Shown here piece by piece: positions 1-8,643 of a stretch of 32,000 nt of DNA. The stretch's first letter is position 1. Each line of letters starts with the position of its first letter. Location of the stretch: contig CAJQOT010000045.1 in the NCBI GenBank assembly GCA_905480015.1, forward strand, positions 4,791 through 36,790, read 5' to 3'. Origin of the DNA: an uncultured Rickettsiales bacterium. Its GTDB lineage: Bacteria; Pseudomonadota; Alphaproteobacteria; Rickettsiales; Deianiraeaceae. The notes beneath the pieces were generated by a model, which was not told the origin of the DNA, made no database searches, and worked only from the letters and a program-made list of their open reading frames with translations. The translations under genes were made by a program, and so were the position numbers.

Positions 1-1432
1 TGTGAAGAAAGTTAAGTGCTCCACAACCTTTTTTTGAGAGCATTATTTGCGAAAGCATAAAGTTTTTATTACTTTCCTCTTTTTCAATAATGTCATATTC
101 CTTACCATAGCATACAACACCTGCTTGGGTTCCACATGCTAAAACTGCACGGTTTTGTACTCCACTATCGTATTTTTCATAAATAAATTCCTTACTTGCA
201 ATGTTTGGAGAGGAAAGAATTTGCAATAATGATGAAATAATTTCATTCTGTGTAATTTTGGGTGATGTAATTTTGATTTCTTCGTCAACTTTTAAAATGC
301 TTGGGCGGTCATGAATTGGAGAATTGCTTGTAATTGGCTCAATTGGAATGTCGCAAACAGTGATGTTATTTTCTTTGATTATAAGATTTTTAGTGTTGGT
401 AATTTTTCCAATAATGGCAAAATCAAGATCCCATTTTTCAAAAACTTTTCTTGCCTCTTCTTCTTTGCCTTTCTTAACAACAATTAACATTCTCTCTTGG
501 CTTTCAGAAAGCATAACCTCGTAAGCATTAAGGTTGTTGGCTCTTTTAGGTACTGCATTAAGGTTAAGTTCAATACCAGTTCCACCTTTTTCTGCCATCT
601 CAACAGATGAACACGTTAAGCCTGCGGCACCCATATCTTGAATTGCAAGAACGCAGTCTGTTTGCATAAGTTCAAGACATGCTTCAATTAGAAGTTTTTC
701 TACGAAGGGATCTCCAACTTGAATGGTAGTTTTAGATGTTTTACTTTGCCCAGAGAATGAATCTGATGACATTGATGCCCCACCAACGCCGTCCCTTCCT
801 GTTTTATTTCCAACATAAATTACATTAGCACCAACAAAAGATGCAGCAGAGTAGAAGATTTTATCTTTCTTTGCAATGCCAACTGCCATTGCATTCACTA
901 AATTATTTCCGTTGTAACTTTCATCAAATGTACATTCACCGCCAACCATTGGAACACCAACACAGTTACCATAGTATGAAATACCGCTCGTCACACCTTT
1001 CATTAGGCGTTTTGTATTTTCGTTATGAACGCCTCCAAACCTTAAAGAATTCATATTTGCAATTGGCTTTGCTCCCATGGTGAAGATGTCTCGTAAAATT
1101 CCACCTACGCCCGTTGCAGCACCGGAAAAAGGCTCAATAAAAGATGGATGATTATGGCTTTCCATTTTAAAAATTATAGCGTCGTCTTCTCCTCCGTCAA
1201 TAATGCCTGCGTTTTCACCTGGTCCACAAATAACTTGCTCGCCCTTTGTATGCATATTTTTTAAGTGGAGACGAGTCGTTTTATATGAACAGTGTTCACT
1301 CCACATTGCAGAAAAAATACCAAGTTCCACCAAGTTTGGCTCCCTGCTTAAAATGTTTTGAATTTTAGTATAATCTTCTTGTGTTAATTTATGTTGTTGA
1401 AGAAGTTGGTGCGTAATTTTTACTTTATACAT
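1..1432 (-). CDS. purL: Phosphoribosylformylglycinamidine synthase subunit PurL (N-terminal ~477 codons; the 3' part runs off the left edge)
   Basis: Absent from the ORF track because it is open at the window edge. My minus-strand translation from the ATG (complement of 1430-1432) gives MYKVKITHQLLQQHKLTQEDYTKIQNILSREPNLVELGIFSAMWSEHCSYKTT...GPGENAGIIDGG...FKMESHNHPSFIEPFSGAATGVGGILRDIFTMGAKPIA...IQVGDPF..., which are classic PurL/FGAM synthase II motifs. Confidence 0.9.
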   Translation of the reverse strand, partial: MYKVKITHQLLQQHKLTQEDYTKIQNILSREPNLVELGIFSAMWSEHCSYKTTRLHLKNMHTKGEQVICGPGENAGIIDGGEDDAIIFKMESHNHPSFIEPFSGAATGVGGILRDIFTMGAKPIANMNSLRFGGVHNENTKRLMKGVTSGISYYGNCVGVPMVGGECTFDESYNGNNLVNAMAVGIAKKDKIFYSAASFVGANVIYVGNKTGRDGVGGASMSSDSFSGQSKTSKTTIQVGDPFVEKLLIEACLELMQTDCVLAIQDMGAAGLTCSSVEMAEKGGTGIELNLNAVPKRANNLNAYEVMLSESQERMLIVVKKGKEEEARKVFEKWDLDFAIIGKITNTKNLIIKENNITVCDIPIEPITSNSPIHDRPSILKVDEEIKITSPKITQNEIISSLLQILSSPNIASKEFIYEKYDSGVQNRAVLACGTQAGVVCYGKEYDIIEKEESNKNFMLSQIMLSKKGCGALNFLH

Positions 1433-1565
1433 ATTGATAATTGTACTTTGAATGCAAAACACAAAGAAATGAATGAAATGTCAATTTTTTTTATACCAAA
1501 AAATATATGTTGATATTAATATAAATGTATGTTATTGTAATAACATAATTATTGTACAAGGCAAT

Positions 1566-2504
1566 ATGAATAATACAACTAACAAAACACAAACACAAAA
1601 ATCAACTAACAAAACACAAACACAAAAATCAACTAACAAAACACAAACACAAAAATCAACTAACAAAACACAAACACAAAAATCAACTAACAAAACACAA
1701 CAATCTATATCGCCACCTTTGACACCTATTGATAAGGTAATGGAGACACTTAAAGAAAAGTTTGATAGTGAATATAAGCAGTATTGCGACGAAGAAAATA
1801 CAGGTACAAAAAGACAATTATTCCTTCAACTACAAAGGGAATGGCATACAGATAAAATTAAGAGTAATATTGATCGTTACGATGAATATGATGATGCGGA
1901 GCAAAAGGTGATGTATAATTATTTTAAAAAATGCACGCAGAATATAAATGCAGCAAAAGAAAAAGCAGAAAAAGAAAAAGCAGCAAAAGCAGAAAAAGCA
2001 GCAAAAGAAAAAGCAGCAAAAGAAAAAGCAGAAAAAGCAGAAAAAGCAGCAAAAGCAGCAAAAGAAAAAGCAGAGCAAAACAAAGTAAGGCTAGAATGTA
2101 TATTTAACGAATTCGTTAATGACATACTAAATCAAGTCAAACGCAGTGTTCAATACCGCCAAGAAAAAATAGTCGAAGTCTTGCAGTTGCACAAACAAGG
2201 TACACCAATTACAAAAGACATGCAAGAAACATTCAGAGATATACTAGCAAATCTAGCAACAGCAGAAAAAGAAAAAGCAGCAAAAGAAAAAGCAGCAAAA
2301 GCAGCAAAAGCAGGACAAGCAAATCCAAACGGCATGCCCATTTTCAATCGAAAGGCAGTTCCACGGCCGACATGTGTGCAGATTCCGAATCCAGAAGGTG
2401 CTAGTAATGTTAGTGCGCCACCTGTTAAAACAGCAACGCGGCATCCAGTGGGTAAAGGTCATAAAGGTCCTTCCGAATATCAAGGAGGATACAATGTCCG
2501 ATAA
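1566..2504 (+). CDS. Hypothetical repeat-rich protein: N-terminal (TNKTQTQKS)x4, Lys/Ala/Glu low-complexity blocks, J-domain-like segment, basic Pro-rich C-terminus
   Basis: The track ORF is 1473-2504. I prefer the ATG at 1566 (MNNTTNKTQ...) because the upstream 31 codons (MKCQFFLYQKIYVDININV...) look like AT-rich promoter sequence. The long open frame is maintained through the repeats. I recognise no family beyond a KRQLFLQLQREWHTDK / AEQKVMYNYF segment that resembles J-domain helices II-III. Confidence 0.6.
   Translation: MNNTTNKTQTQKSTNKTQTQKSTNKTQTQKSTNKTQTQKSTNKTQQSISPPLTPIDKVMETLKEKFDSEYKQYCDEENTGTKRQLFLQLQREWHTDKIKSNIDRYDEYDDAEQKVMYNYFKKCTQNINAAKEKAEKEKAAKAEKAAKEKAAKEKAEKAEKAAKAAKEKAEQNKVRLECIFNEFVNDILNQVKRSVQYRQEKIVEVLQLHKQGTPITKDMQETFRDILANLATAEKEKAAKEKAAKAAKAGQANPNGMPIFNRKAVPRPTCVQIPNPEGASNVSAPPVKTATRHPVGKGHKGPSEYQGGYNVR
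1578..1700 (+). repeat. Perfect 27-bp tandem repeat, 4 full copies plus a 15-bp partial copy (unit ACTAACAAAACACAAACACAAAAATCA), in frame, encoding TNKTQTQKS
   Basis: Read directly. Units at 1578-1604, 1605-1631, 1632-1658 and 1659-1685 are identical. The partial fifth copy at 1686-1700 then diverges. Confidence 0.95.
1950..2076 (+). repeat. Low-complexity GCA/AAA/GAA codon array with no T on the + strand across the block, encoding AAKEKAEKEKAAKAEKAAKEKAAKEKAEKAEKAAKAAKEKAE
   Basis: Read directly. It is an irregular reiteration of three codons and produces the spurious Phe/Cys-rich antisense ORFs seen in the track. Confidence 0.85.
2256..2312 (+). repeat. Second, shorter GCA/AAA/GAA codon array (ATAEKEKAAKEKAAKAAKA) in the same gene
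   Basis: Read directly. Same codon vocabulary as the 1950-2076 block. Confidence 0.8.
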
Positions 2505-2543
2505 AGATACAACATTAATGAGTAGGCACAAAAGGGAGGAAAC

Positions 2544-2585
2544 GGCAAATAAGATTTATGTTTGCAATAATTTGCCCTTTTGTCG
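2544..2585 (+). terminator. Candidate intrinsic terminator downstream of the repeat-protein gene
   Basis: GGCAAAT (2544-2550) pairs with ATTTGCC (2570-2576) and is followed by CTTTTGT. The loop is long (~19 nt) and an alternative inner stem GCAAA/TTTGC exists, so this is a weak call. Confidence 0.3.
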
Positions 2586-2785
2586 CAGGCTGTATAAGGT
2601 TTTTTCTAGATCTTACAAAGCAAAAATTGGATTTATCTCATTATTATATTTCGTTGACACTATACAGTAGTTCAAGTGAAAAGTGGATATTTGCTAATAC
2701 ATTTATATAAAAATAAAAACTGTTTGACTTTTATTAAATATTTGTTATTTCTTAAAAAAGACTGAATTATTTTATATATAGCGTT

Positions 2786-4021
2786 ATGCCACTTAATCTT
2801 AAAAGCATAGATATAGAAATTCACAATGCTATTGTTAAAGAAAATCAACGCCAAGAAGAAGGTATTGAATTAATAGCATCGGAAAACATTGCCTCAAAGG
2901 CCGTCATGGAAGCACAGGGATCGGTGATGACAAACAAGTACGCGGAGGGGTATCCAAATAAAAGGTATTACGGCGGGTGTGAAAACATGGATACAATCGA
3001 AAGCCTCGCGATTGATCGTCTAAAAAAGCTTTTTGAATGTAATTTTGTAAATGTTCAGCCTCATTCAGGTGCGACGGCAAACCAATGTGTTTATTTTGCA
3101 TTTATAAAACCGGGTGATACCATAATGGGCCTTGCTTTAGATTGTGGTGGACACTTAACGCATGGTGCAAAAATGACTCAATCTGGTAAGTGGTTTAATT
3201 CAGTTGAATACCGTACAAATGACAATGGATTAATAGACTACGATCAATTAGAAAAGCAAGCTATTGAAGTGAAGCCAAAGCTTATTGTTGCGGGCACTTC
3301 ATCTTATTCTCGTATAATAGACTGGAAGCGTTTTCGTGAAATTGCAGATAAAGTTGGTGCAATTTTAATGGTTGATATGGCGCATGTTGCGGGACTTGTT
3401 GCTGGTAGACAATATCCCAATCCACTTCCTTATGCAGACGTTGTAACTTCTACAACTCATAAAACATTAAGGGGCCCAAGGGGTGGAATTATTCTTTGGA
3501 ACAATGAAGAATATACAAAAAAAATTAATTCTGCGGTTTTCCCAGGAATGATTGGTGGACCTTTGATGCATGTTATTGCGGCGAAGGCAGTTTGCTTTGG
3601 TGAGGCATTACAACCTTCGTTTAAGAAGTATGCTGAAGATGTTGTTAATACCGCGAAAATTCTTTCAAAGACTCTAATAGAAAAAGGCTTGAATGTGATA
3701 ACAGGTGGAACGGATTGCCACCTGCTTGTTGTAGATTTAACGCCGTACGGTGTCACGGGTAAAGATGCAGAAAAACTTCTTGAAATGGCACACCTTACAT
3801 GCAATAAAAACGCTATCCCGAACGACCCTGCTGGCCCTTTTATTTCATCTGGAATTAGGCTTGGAACTTCCGCCGGTGTAACGAGAGGATTCGGCGAAAA
3901 GGAGTTTGTGCAAATTGGTTTATGGATTGCAGAAGTTTTATTAAAAAGAGATAATAATACCATTAAAATTGTGGGTGATGAGGTAAAGGAGTTGTGTAAA
4001 AAATTCCCAATTTATTCATAA
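2786..4021 (+). CDS. glyA: Serine hydroxymethyltransferase
   Basis: 411 aa. Contains [36 protein letters not shown] and the PLP-lysine motif [16 protein letters not shown]. Confidence 0.95.
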   Translation: MPLNLKSIDIEIHNAIVKENQRQEEGIELIASENIASKAVMEAQGSVMTNKYAEGYPNKRYYGGCENMDTIESLAIDRLKKLFECNFVNVQPHSGATANQCVYFAFIKPGDTIMGLALDCGGHLTHGAKMTQSGKWFNSVEYRTNDNGLIDYDQLEKQAIEVKPKLIVAGTSSYSRIIDWKRFREIADKVGAILMVDMAHVAGLVAGRQYPNPLPYADVVTSTTHKTLRGPRGGIILWNNEEYTKKINSAVFPGMIGGPLMHVIAAKAVCFGEALQPSFKKYAEDVVNTAKILSKTLIEKGLNVITGGTDCHLLVVDLTPYGVTGKDAEKLLEMAHLTCNKNAIPNDPAGPFISSGIRLGTSAGVTRGFGEKEFVQIGLWIAEVLLKRDNNTIKIVGDEVKELCKKFPIYS

Positions 4022-4024
4022 AAT

Positions 4025-4684
4025 ATGAACCATATTATGGCATCTTTTAGCGATGCTAGCGAGATGAACCAAAGGGTTTTATTCGGCATTATGATGTTAT
4101 TTGCATTTGGTTTGCCGTTGATTATTGGCGGATCTCCATTTGTTGTATTATTGCTTTTGTTAGCGGTGTTGTCTGCAAGTGAATATTCCGTCATTACGGG
4201 TAAACCGCATACAATGGTTTTAGTGTTTATTGTGTTAGAGTGCGTTTTGTTTTATTTGCTTCGTCAGTCTGATGGTGGTTTGCAAAAAGTTATGTTTGTG
4301 GTGTTTGTAGTGGCTATTTTCGATACAATCGCATATTTTTCGGGTAAGGTGTTTGGAAGGCATAAGCTGTGTCCTACTATATCACCAGGTAAAACAATAG
4401 AAGGTTTTATAGGCGGAATAGTAGGAGTTCTGATATTTTCAGTGCCTTTGCATTTTATTTTATTTGTGAAGGTTCATATGGCCTTTCATCTTATTGTGGT
4501 ATTGGTATTGGCGGTGTTGTCTCAAATTGGAGATATACTTGAGTCAGCATTTAAGCGTAGGCACAATGTAAAAGATTCTAGCAATCTTATTCCTGGGCAT
4601 GGGGGAGTTCTTGATAGATTTGATGGATATATTTTGGTTGTTCCTATATTTTATGTGATGACTATATTTATTAACTTTTTTTAG
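4025..4684 (+). CDS. cdsA: Phosphatidate cytidylyltransferase (CDP-diglyceride synthase)
   Basis: 219 aa, polytopic and hydrophobic. Carries the CdsA signature SAFKRRHNVKDSSNLIPGHGGVLDRFD. Confidence 0.85.
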   Translation: MNHIMASFSDASEMNQRVLFGIMMLFAFGLPLIIGGSPFVVLLLLLAVLSASEYSVITGKPHTMVLVFIVLECVLFYLLRQSDGGLQKVMFVVFVVAIFDTIAYFSGKVFGRHKLCPTISPGKTIEGFIGGIVGVLIFSVPLHFILFVKVHMAFHLIVVLVLAVLSQIGDILESAFKRRHNVKDSSNLIPGHGGVLDRFDGYILVVPIFYVMTIFINFF

Positions 4685-4688
4685 GAAG

Positions 4689-5573
4689 ATGATTACTGGT
4701 GTACATACAGCAATAATAATGCCATTTTCTAGTGGGAAAATTGACTATGATAAACTAGATCAAATTCTTACATTTCAAAATAACAATGGTATTGATGGTA
4801 TTGTTTTGCATGGAACAACGGGTGAATCTCCAACTATTATGCATGAAGAATTTATTGAGTCTACAAACTATGTTTTAAAAAATTGGGCAGAAAGACTACA
4901 TATTACCGTTGGTGTCAGTAACAATTCAACAGATGTTGTTTTAAAAAATTGTGATAGCTTAACATTGCAACCGCATGCTTTTCTTGTAACTCCACCAAGC
5001 TATTCTAAGCCTACGCAAGAAGGAGTATTTCAGCATTTTAAGGCAATTGCACAAAATACACAAGTTCCGATAATTGCGTATAATGTGCCTGCTCGTACAG
5101 CTTCTGATATACTTCCAGAAACACTACTGCGTATGGTTGATGAGTTGCCAAATATTGTGGCAATTAAAGATGCAACATCTTCGTTTGCTCGTCTTGCACA
5201 AGAGCAATATCTTTTAAGAAACATAAAAAGAGATTTTTCATTATTAACTGGCGATGATATCACCGCACTGCATTTTTTACTTTCGGGGGGAAATGGTATA
5301 ATTTCAGTTGTGAGTAATATTGTCCCTGCTATAGTGCTAAAAATGCTAAACCTTTCTTCGCATGGAAGCAATGTAAAGGAGGCATATGATGTATATTTTC
5401 AGATATATAATTTAATAAATCTCTTATTCATTGAGTCAAACCCTATGCCAGTAAAGTATGCAATGTATCGCATGGGTCTTTGCAAGCTTGAATACCGTCT
5501 GCCAATGTGTGATCCAAGTAAAGAGCTTATGTATAACATTGATAAAGAGCTTGAAAGGTTGCATTTAATTTAA
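4689..5573 (+). CDS. dapA: 4-hydroxy-tetrahydrodipicolinate synthase
   Basis: 294 aa. Contains HGTTGESPT, IIAYNVPARTA and VAIKDAT (Schiff-base lysine context). Confidence 0.9.
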   Translation: MITGVHTAIIMPFSSGKIDYDKLDQILTFQNNNGIDGIVLHGTTGESPTIMHEEFIESTNYVLKNWAERLHITVGVSNNSTDVVLKNCDSLTLQPHAFLVTPPSYSKPTQEGVFQHFKAIAQNTQVPIIAYNVPARTASDILPETLLRMVDELPNIVAIKDATSSFARLAQEQYLLRNIKRDFSLLTGDDITALHFLLSGGNGIISVVSNIVPAIVLKMLNLSSHGSNVKEAYDVYFQIYNLINLLFIESNPMPVKYAMYRMGLCKLEYRLPMCDPSKELMYNIDKELERLHLI

Positions 5574-5576
5574 AAA

Positions 5577-6737
5577 ATGAAAATATTATTCATACCATTT
5601 TTAACACTATTATTATTGTGCTCTGTGTCGTGTCGTACAAAGTACGATACAGGAAACGCAATAGAAATTCTACCTTCTAGTGAAATATTTCCAGATTACC
5701 GGTTAAGTGATGTCAAAATAGAACTCGATAACACGGATCATGTGGTAAATATTAATGAATATAAAACGGAAGTACTTTATAAAATACCAAAGTCTGCAAC
5801 CGATACATTATACAATGATGGCTTTCTTTATTTAACAACGCCACATGAACTTATTATAGTAAATCTTGAAAGCAGTGAAAATGTGTATGTGCGACATGAT
5901 GTTGAAGATGGAAATATTGCAGTGTCGGGTAATTTGGTTATGGTGTATGATATTTTGGGGAACTTTACATTATTTGATACAAAGACAAAGAAAAATGCTT
6001 GGAGCAATACTTTGAATATTGAAGGGCTTGCTTCAAGGTTTGTATGTAATGATAAAAAACAGAAATGCTACGCATTAGATGTGCATGGAAATGTTATAAC
6101 TGTCGACTATCAATACCATATAAAGGACATAAAAAAAGTATTTCAAAAACAAAATATTATATTAAACCACTTGTATGAACCTTTAATTGTGGATGATAAA
6201 GTAATTTTTGCAATAGGTAATTCTCGTTTTGGAGTTTATGATATTGTAAAAAATCAATTGGTGGCGGAAAGCTCGTTTGTTGATGAAGAGACATCATCAT
6301 TGTTTGACATAAACCTTGTGAATAAAATTTATGAAGGTGGGAAACATATTGTTGTATCACATATTCATGGATCATTTGCATTTAGCATGCTGTATGGAAG
6401 GCAACTATGGATTAAAGATTTCATTTTTCATCACGGCTTTATAGCAAATAATTATATAATATTCCTTGAAGAAGGTACAAAAAAACTTATGTCTGTACAC
6501 CTTGACAGTGGCGAGGTTAAGTGGATGAAGGATATTGATTTTTTGCCAATTGAAATTGATATTACATATGGAAAGGAAATTGTTATACTAGAAAGAAATG
6601 GTATTCATACTTTTGATGTTGAAACTGGAAAAATGATATCATATAAAAAATTGAATATGCATAAAATGAAATATGCATTTGTTTATAATCATGAATTGTA
6701 TTACACCGCTAAAGGAAAATTATATCGGATAAAATGA
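5577..6737 (+). CDS. Exported PQQ-like beta-propeller repeat protein, possibly a BamB-like lipoprotein
   Basis: 386 aa. N-terminal signal sequence MKILFIPFLTLLLLCSVSC, with a non-canonical lipobox. Repeated beta-propeller-style motifs: FDTKTKKNAWS, YDIVKNQLVAE, GRQLWIKDF, LDSGEVKWMKD and FDVETGKMISY. The family assignment is by pattern only. Confidence 0.5.
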   Translation: MKILFIPFLTLLLLCSVSCRTKYDTGNAIEILPSSEIFPDYRLSDVKIELDNTDHVVNINEYKTEVLYKIPKSATDTLYNDGFLYLTTPHELIIVNLESSENVYVRHDVEDGNIAVSGNLVMVYDILGNFTLFDTKTKKNAWSNTLNIEGLASRFVCNDKKQKCYALDVHGNVITVDYQYHIKDIKKVFQKQNIILNHLYEPLIVDDKVIFAIGNSRFGVYDIVKNQLVAESSFVDEETSSLFDINLVNKIYEGGKHIVVSHIHGSFAFSMLYGRQLWIKDFIFHHGFIANNYIIFLEEGTKKLMSVHLDSGEVKWMKDIDFLPIEIDITYGKEIVILERNGIHTFDVETGKMISYKKLNMHKMKYAFVYNHELYYTAKGKLYRIK

Positions 6738-7804
6738 ATAGAATACATACACATTTACAAAAATTTGTTGAAAAATTTAAGGGCATTGAAGAGAAGATGG
6801 AAGACCCTAGTCTTTCGCATGAGCAAATCATAGAGCTTTCAAAAGAAAGAGCAGAGTTAGTTGATATTGTGCAAACAGCAAATGAGCGTGAGGACACTCT
6901 TAAACAAATTGAGGAATCTAATGAAATAATAAACCAAGAAGAAGATGGAGACCTTATAGATATGGCAAAGGCAGAATTATGCGATCTTAAACTCAAAATA
7001 CATGAAATTGACGAAAGGCTAAAAATTCTTTTAACACCAAAAAACAAAGAAGACAAAAAGAATGCTATTATTGAAATTCGTGCAGGAACAGGGGGCGACG
7101 AGGCAGCACTTTTTGTTGGGTCACTTTATAAAATGTATGTAAGGTATGCAGAAAACCAAGGGTGGCGTGTGGAAACTATTGATGTTTCTTCAAGCGATGT
7201 TGGTGGATACAAGGACATATCTTTGCTTATTGCCGGAAAAGATGTATTCATGAGAATGAAGTTTGAGTCGGGTGTGCATCGTGTTCAAAGGGTTCCAGAA
7301 ACAGAAAGTTCCGGAAGAATTCATACAAGTGCGGTAACAGTCGCAGTTATGCCAGAGGCGGAAGATGTAGATGTAAACATTCTACCAAATGATATTAAAA
7401 TTGATGTATTTAGGGCATCTGGTGCTGGTGGTCAACATGTAAATACAACGGAATCCGCAGTAAGAATTACCCATTTAGGGACAGGCATTGTTGTGAATTG
7501 CCAAGATGAGCGTTCGCAATTAAAAAACCGTGATAAGGCAATGAAGATGCTGCGATCGAAAGTTTATGAGCGAATGCTTGATGAACAAAATAAGGCATCT
7601 TCCGAAGAAAGAAAAAGCCAAATTGGTAGCGGAGACAGAAGCCAAAGAATTAGAACATATAATTTTCCTCAAAGTAGAATTACCGATCATCGTATTTTGC
7701 TAACGCTCTATAAGTTGACTGAAATCCTTGATGAGGGAAGAGTAGACTACCTAACAGATGAACTAATGCGAGAAGAATTCAGGCGTTATTTACTGGAAGA
7801 GTAG
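6734..7804 (+). CDS. prfA: Peptide chain release factor 1
   Basis: 356 aa. Contains QRVPETESSGRIHTSAVTVAVMPE (PxT tripeptide region) and SGAGGQHVNTTESAVRITH (GGQ motif). The ATGA start overlaps the upstream stop. Confidence 0.95.
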   Translation: MNRIHTHLQKFVEKFKGIEEKMEDPSLSHEQIIELSKERAELVDIVQTANEREDTLKQIEESNEIINQEEDGDLIDMAKAELCDLKLKIHEIDERLKILLTPKNKEDKKNAIIEIRAGTGGDEAALFVGSLYKMYVRYAENQGWRVETIDVSSSDVGGYKDISLLIAGKDVFMRMKFESGVHRVQRVPETESSGRIHTSAVTVAVMPEAEDVDVNILPNDIKIDVFRASGAGGQHVNTTESAVRITHLGTGIVVNCQDERSQLKNRDKAMKMLRSKVYERMLDEQNKASSEERKSQIGSGDRSQRIRTYNFPQSRITDHRILLTLYKLTEILDEGRVDYLTDELMREEFRRYLLEE

Positions 7805-7951
7805 TCATCGTTTATCTGCGAAAAAAAGATTTTACATGTATATGGACAATTTGCTATCTCTAGCTTGGGCGTTTTGTATGCGTTTAATATGATATTTTTG
7901 TTTAACTCACCCTGTTTTACTAAAAAATGATATCATATTTTACATGAAATA

Positions 7952-8524
7952 TCAAGGTTTCTTTAAAAATAACAAAACAGTTTTGTCGCTCACTTCTTTT
8001 TTTAGTACAATGTCTAGAATGTCTGCGATTTTCTCCTCAATGTTTGATTTCCTATTATGTAATTCAAGAATAAGAGTTCCACTTTCTTTGAGTGAATTTG
8101 TTTTAAGGTTATTGAGTGTTTTAAGTATTTGTGATTGTGCCGCTATATATGGTGGGTCTATGAAGATAAAGTCAAATTCTTCTTTAATTTTTGCATGCGG
8201 GAAGAATCCGACTCTTGCATTATAATTAATTTTAAGTTTTTCAGCATTTTTGTGTATTTGGAAAATATTGTGTTCTTCTGAATCAATAAATGTAACTGAC
8301 GATGCCCCCCTAGAAAGGAATTCGAAGCCAACAGCACCAATACCGCAGAACCCATCAAGAACATTGCAGCCATTAATTTCAGATTGTACAATAGGGTTGG
8401 ATGCTAGTATATTAAAAAGAACGTTTTTTGTGTATCCCGTTGTGGGGCGAAGGTGTTCGTTATTAAGTTGTGTTGATGAAACATGAAGCCTTCTACCTTT
8501 TAGAGTCCCAGATATTATATGCAT
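7952..8524 (-). CDS. rsmD: 16S rRNA (guanine966-N2)-methyltransferase RsmD family
   Basis: The track ORF is 7952-8593. I prefer the internal ATG at 8524 because MHIISGTLKGRRL matches the usual RsmD N-terminus. Also contains RPTTGYTKNVLFNIL, VLDGFCGIGAVGFEFLSRGA and FDFIFIDPPY. Confidence 0.8.
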   Translation of the reverse strand: MHIISGTLKGRRLHVSSTQLNNEHLRPTTGYTKNVLFNILASNPIVQSEINGCNVLDGFCGIGAVGFEFLSRGASSVTFIDSEEHNIFQIHKNAEKLKINYNARVGFFPHAKIKEEFDFIFIDPPYIAAQSQILKTLNNLKTNSLKESGTLILELHNRKSNIEEKIADILDIVLKKEVSDKTVLLFLKKP

Positions 8525-8643
8525 AAAATGTAATGATGTAATGAATTGCATTGTGCAATATTTTGAATATATTAAATATGTCAAGAAAATCAAAGTTAAT
8601 GCTTGAAAATTATAAGCAATGTTATTCTATTTCATAATAGAGT

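Noticed and set aside
1473-1565. N-terminal extensions offered by the ORF track: 1473-1565, 8525-8593 (minus strand), 11361-11459, 17746-17868 and 25359-25451
   Set aside because: In each case the extension overlaps the upstream gene or AT-rich promoter DNA. An internal ATG then yields the canonical family N-terminus for RsmD, DapF, Grx4 and the AroQ chorismate mutase.
1578-1700. Possibility that the 27-bp repeats are a CRISPR array
   Set aside because: The repeats are directly abutting with no spacers, lie in frame inside a long ORF, and no cas genes are present.
1830-2531. Four minus-strand ORFs (1830-2078, 1919-2125, 2150-2347, 2253-2531) encoding Phe/Cys/Ala/Ser-rich peptides
   Set aside because: They are the reverse-complement reading of the GCA/AAA/GAA low-complexity blocks of the + strand gene. 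Stop-free antisense frames are a compositional artefact.
2494-2670. 58-codon ORF (MSDKDTTLMSRHKREETANK...) preceded by a perfect Shine-Dalgarno-like AAGGAGGA 5 nt upstream of its ATG
   Set aside because: The SD-like string lies inside the last codons (QGGY) of the upstream gene. Essentially no other gene in the window uses a strong SD. The peptide has no recognisable features, and the candidate terminator hairpin falls within it. It could still be checked by ribosome profiling.
2505-2785. Possible ZTP (pfl) or other riboswitch in the 280-bp leader of glyA
   Set aside because: I could not find the conserved ZTP core strings (GGGUCGUGAC... / CCGCCUGGGC) or any extended GC-rich pairing. The region looks like ordinary AT-rich spacer. 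A covariance-model scan (Rfam) would be decisive.
3457-3963. Long antisense ORFs inside conserved genes: 168 aa opposite glyA, 225 aa at 23014-23691 opposite rpoD, 113 aa at 5030-5371 opposite dapA, 115 aa at 6709-7056 opposite prfA, and 93 aa at 7944-8225 opposite rsmD
   Set aside because: These are shadow ORFs opposite strongly supported genes. Their translations are low-complexity Ser/Ile/Phe-rich with no recognisable motifs.
7279-7350. The RF1 codon-recognition tripeptide reads PET rather than the familiar PAT/PVT
   Set aside because: The middle position of the PxT motif is variable among RF1 proteins. Nothing else in the window, such as in-frame stops inside conserved genes, suggests a genetic-code change.
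7887-7940. 10-bp inverted repeat AATATGATAT ... ATATCATATT between the convergent prfA and rsmD genes, considered as a bidirectional terminator
   Set aside because: The stem is purely A/T, the loop is ~33 nt and no adjacent T-tract fits an intrinsic terminator. It is likely chance in AT-rich DNA.
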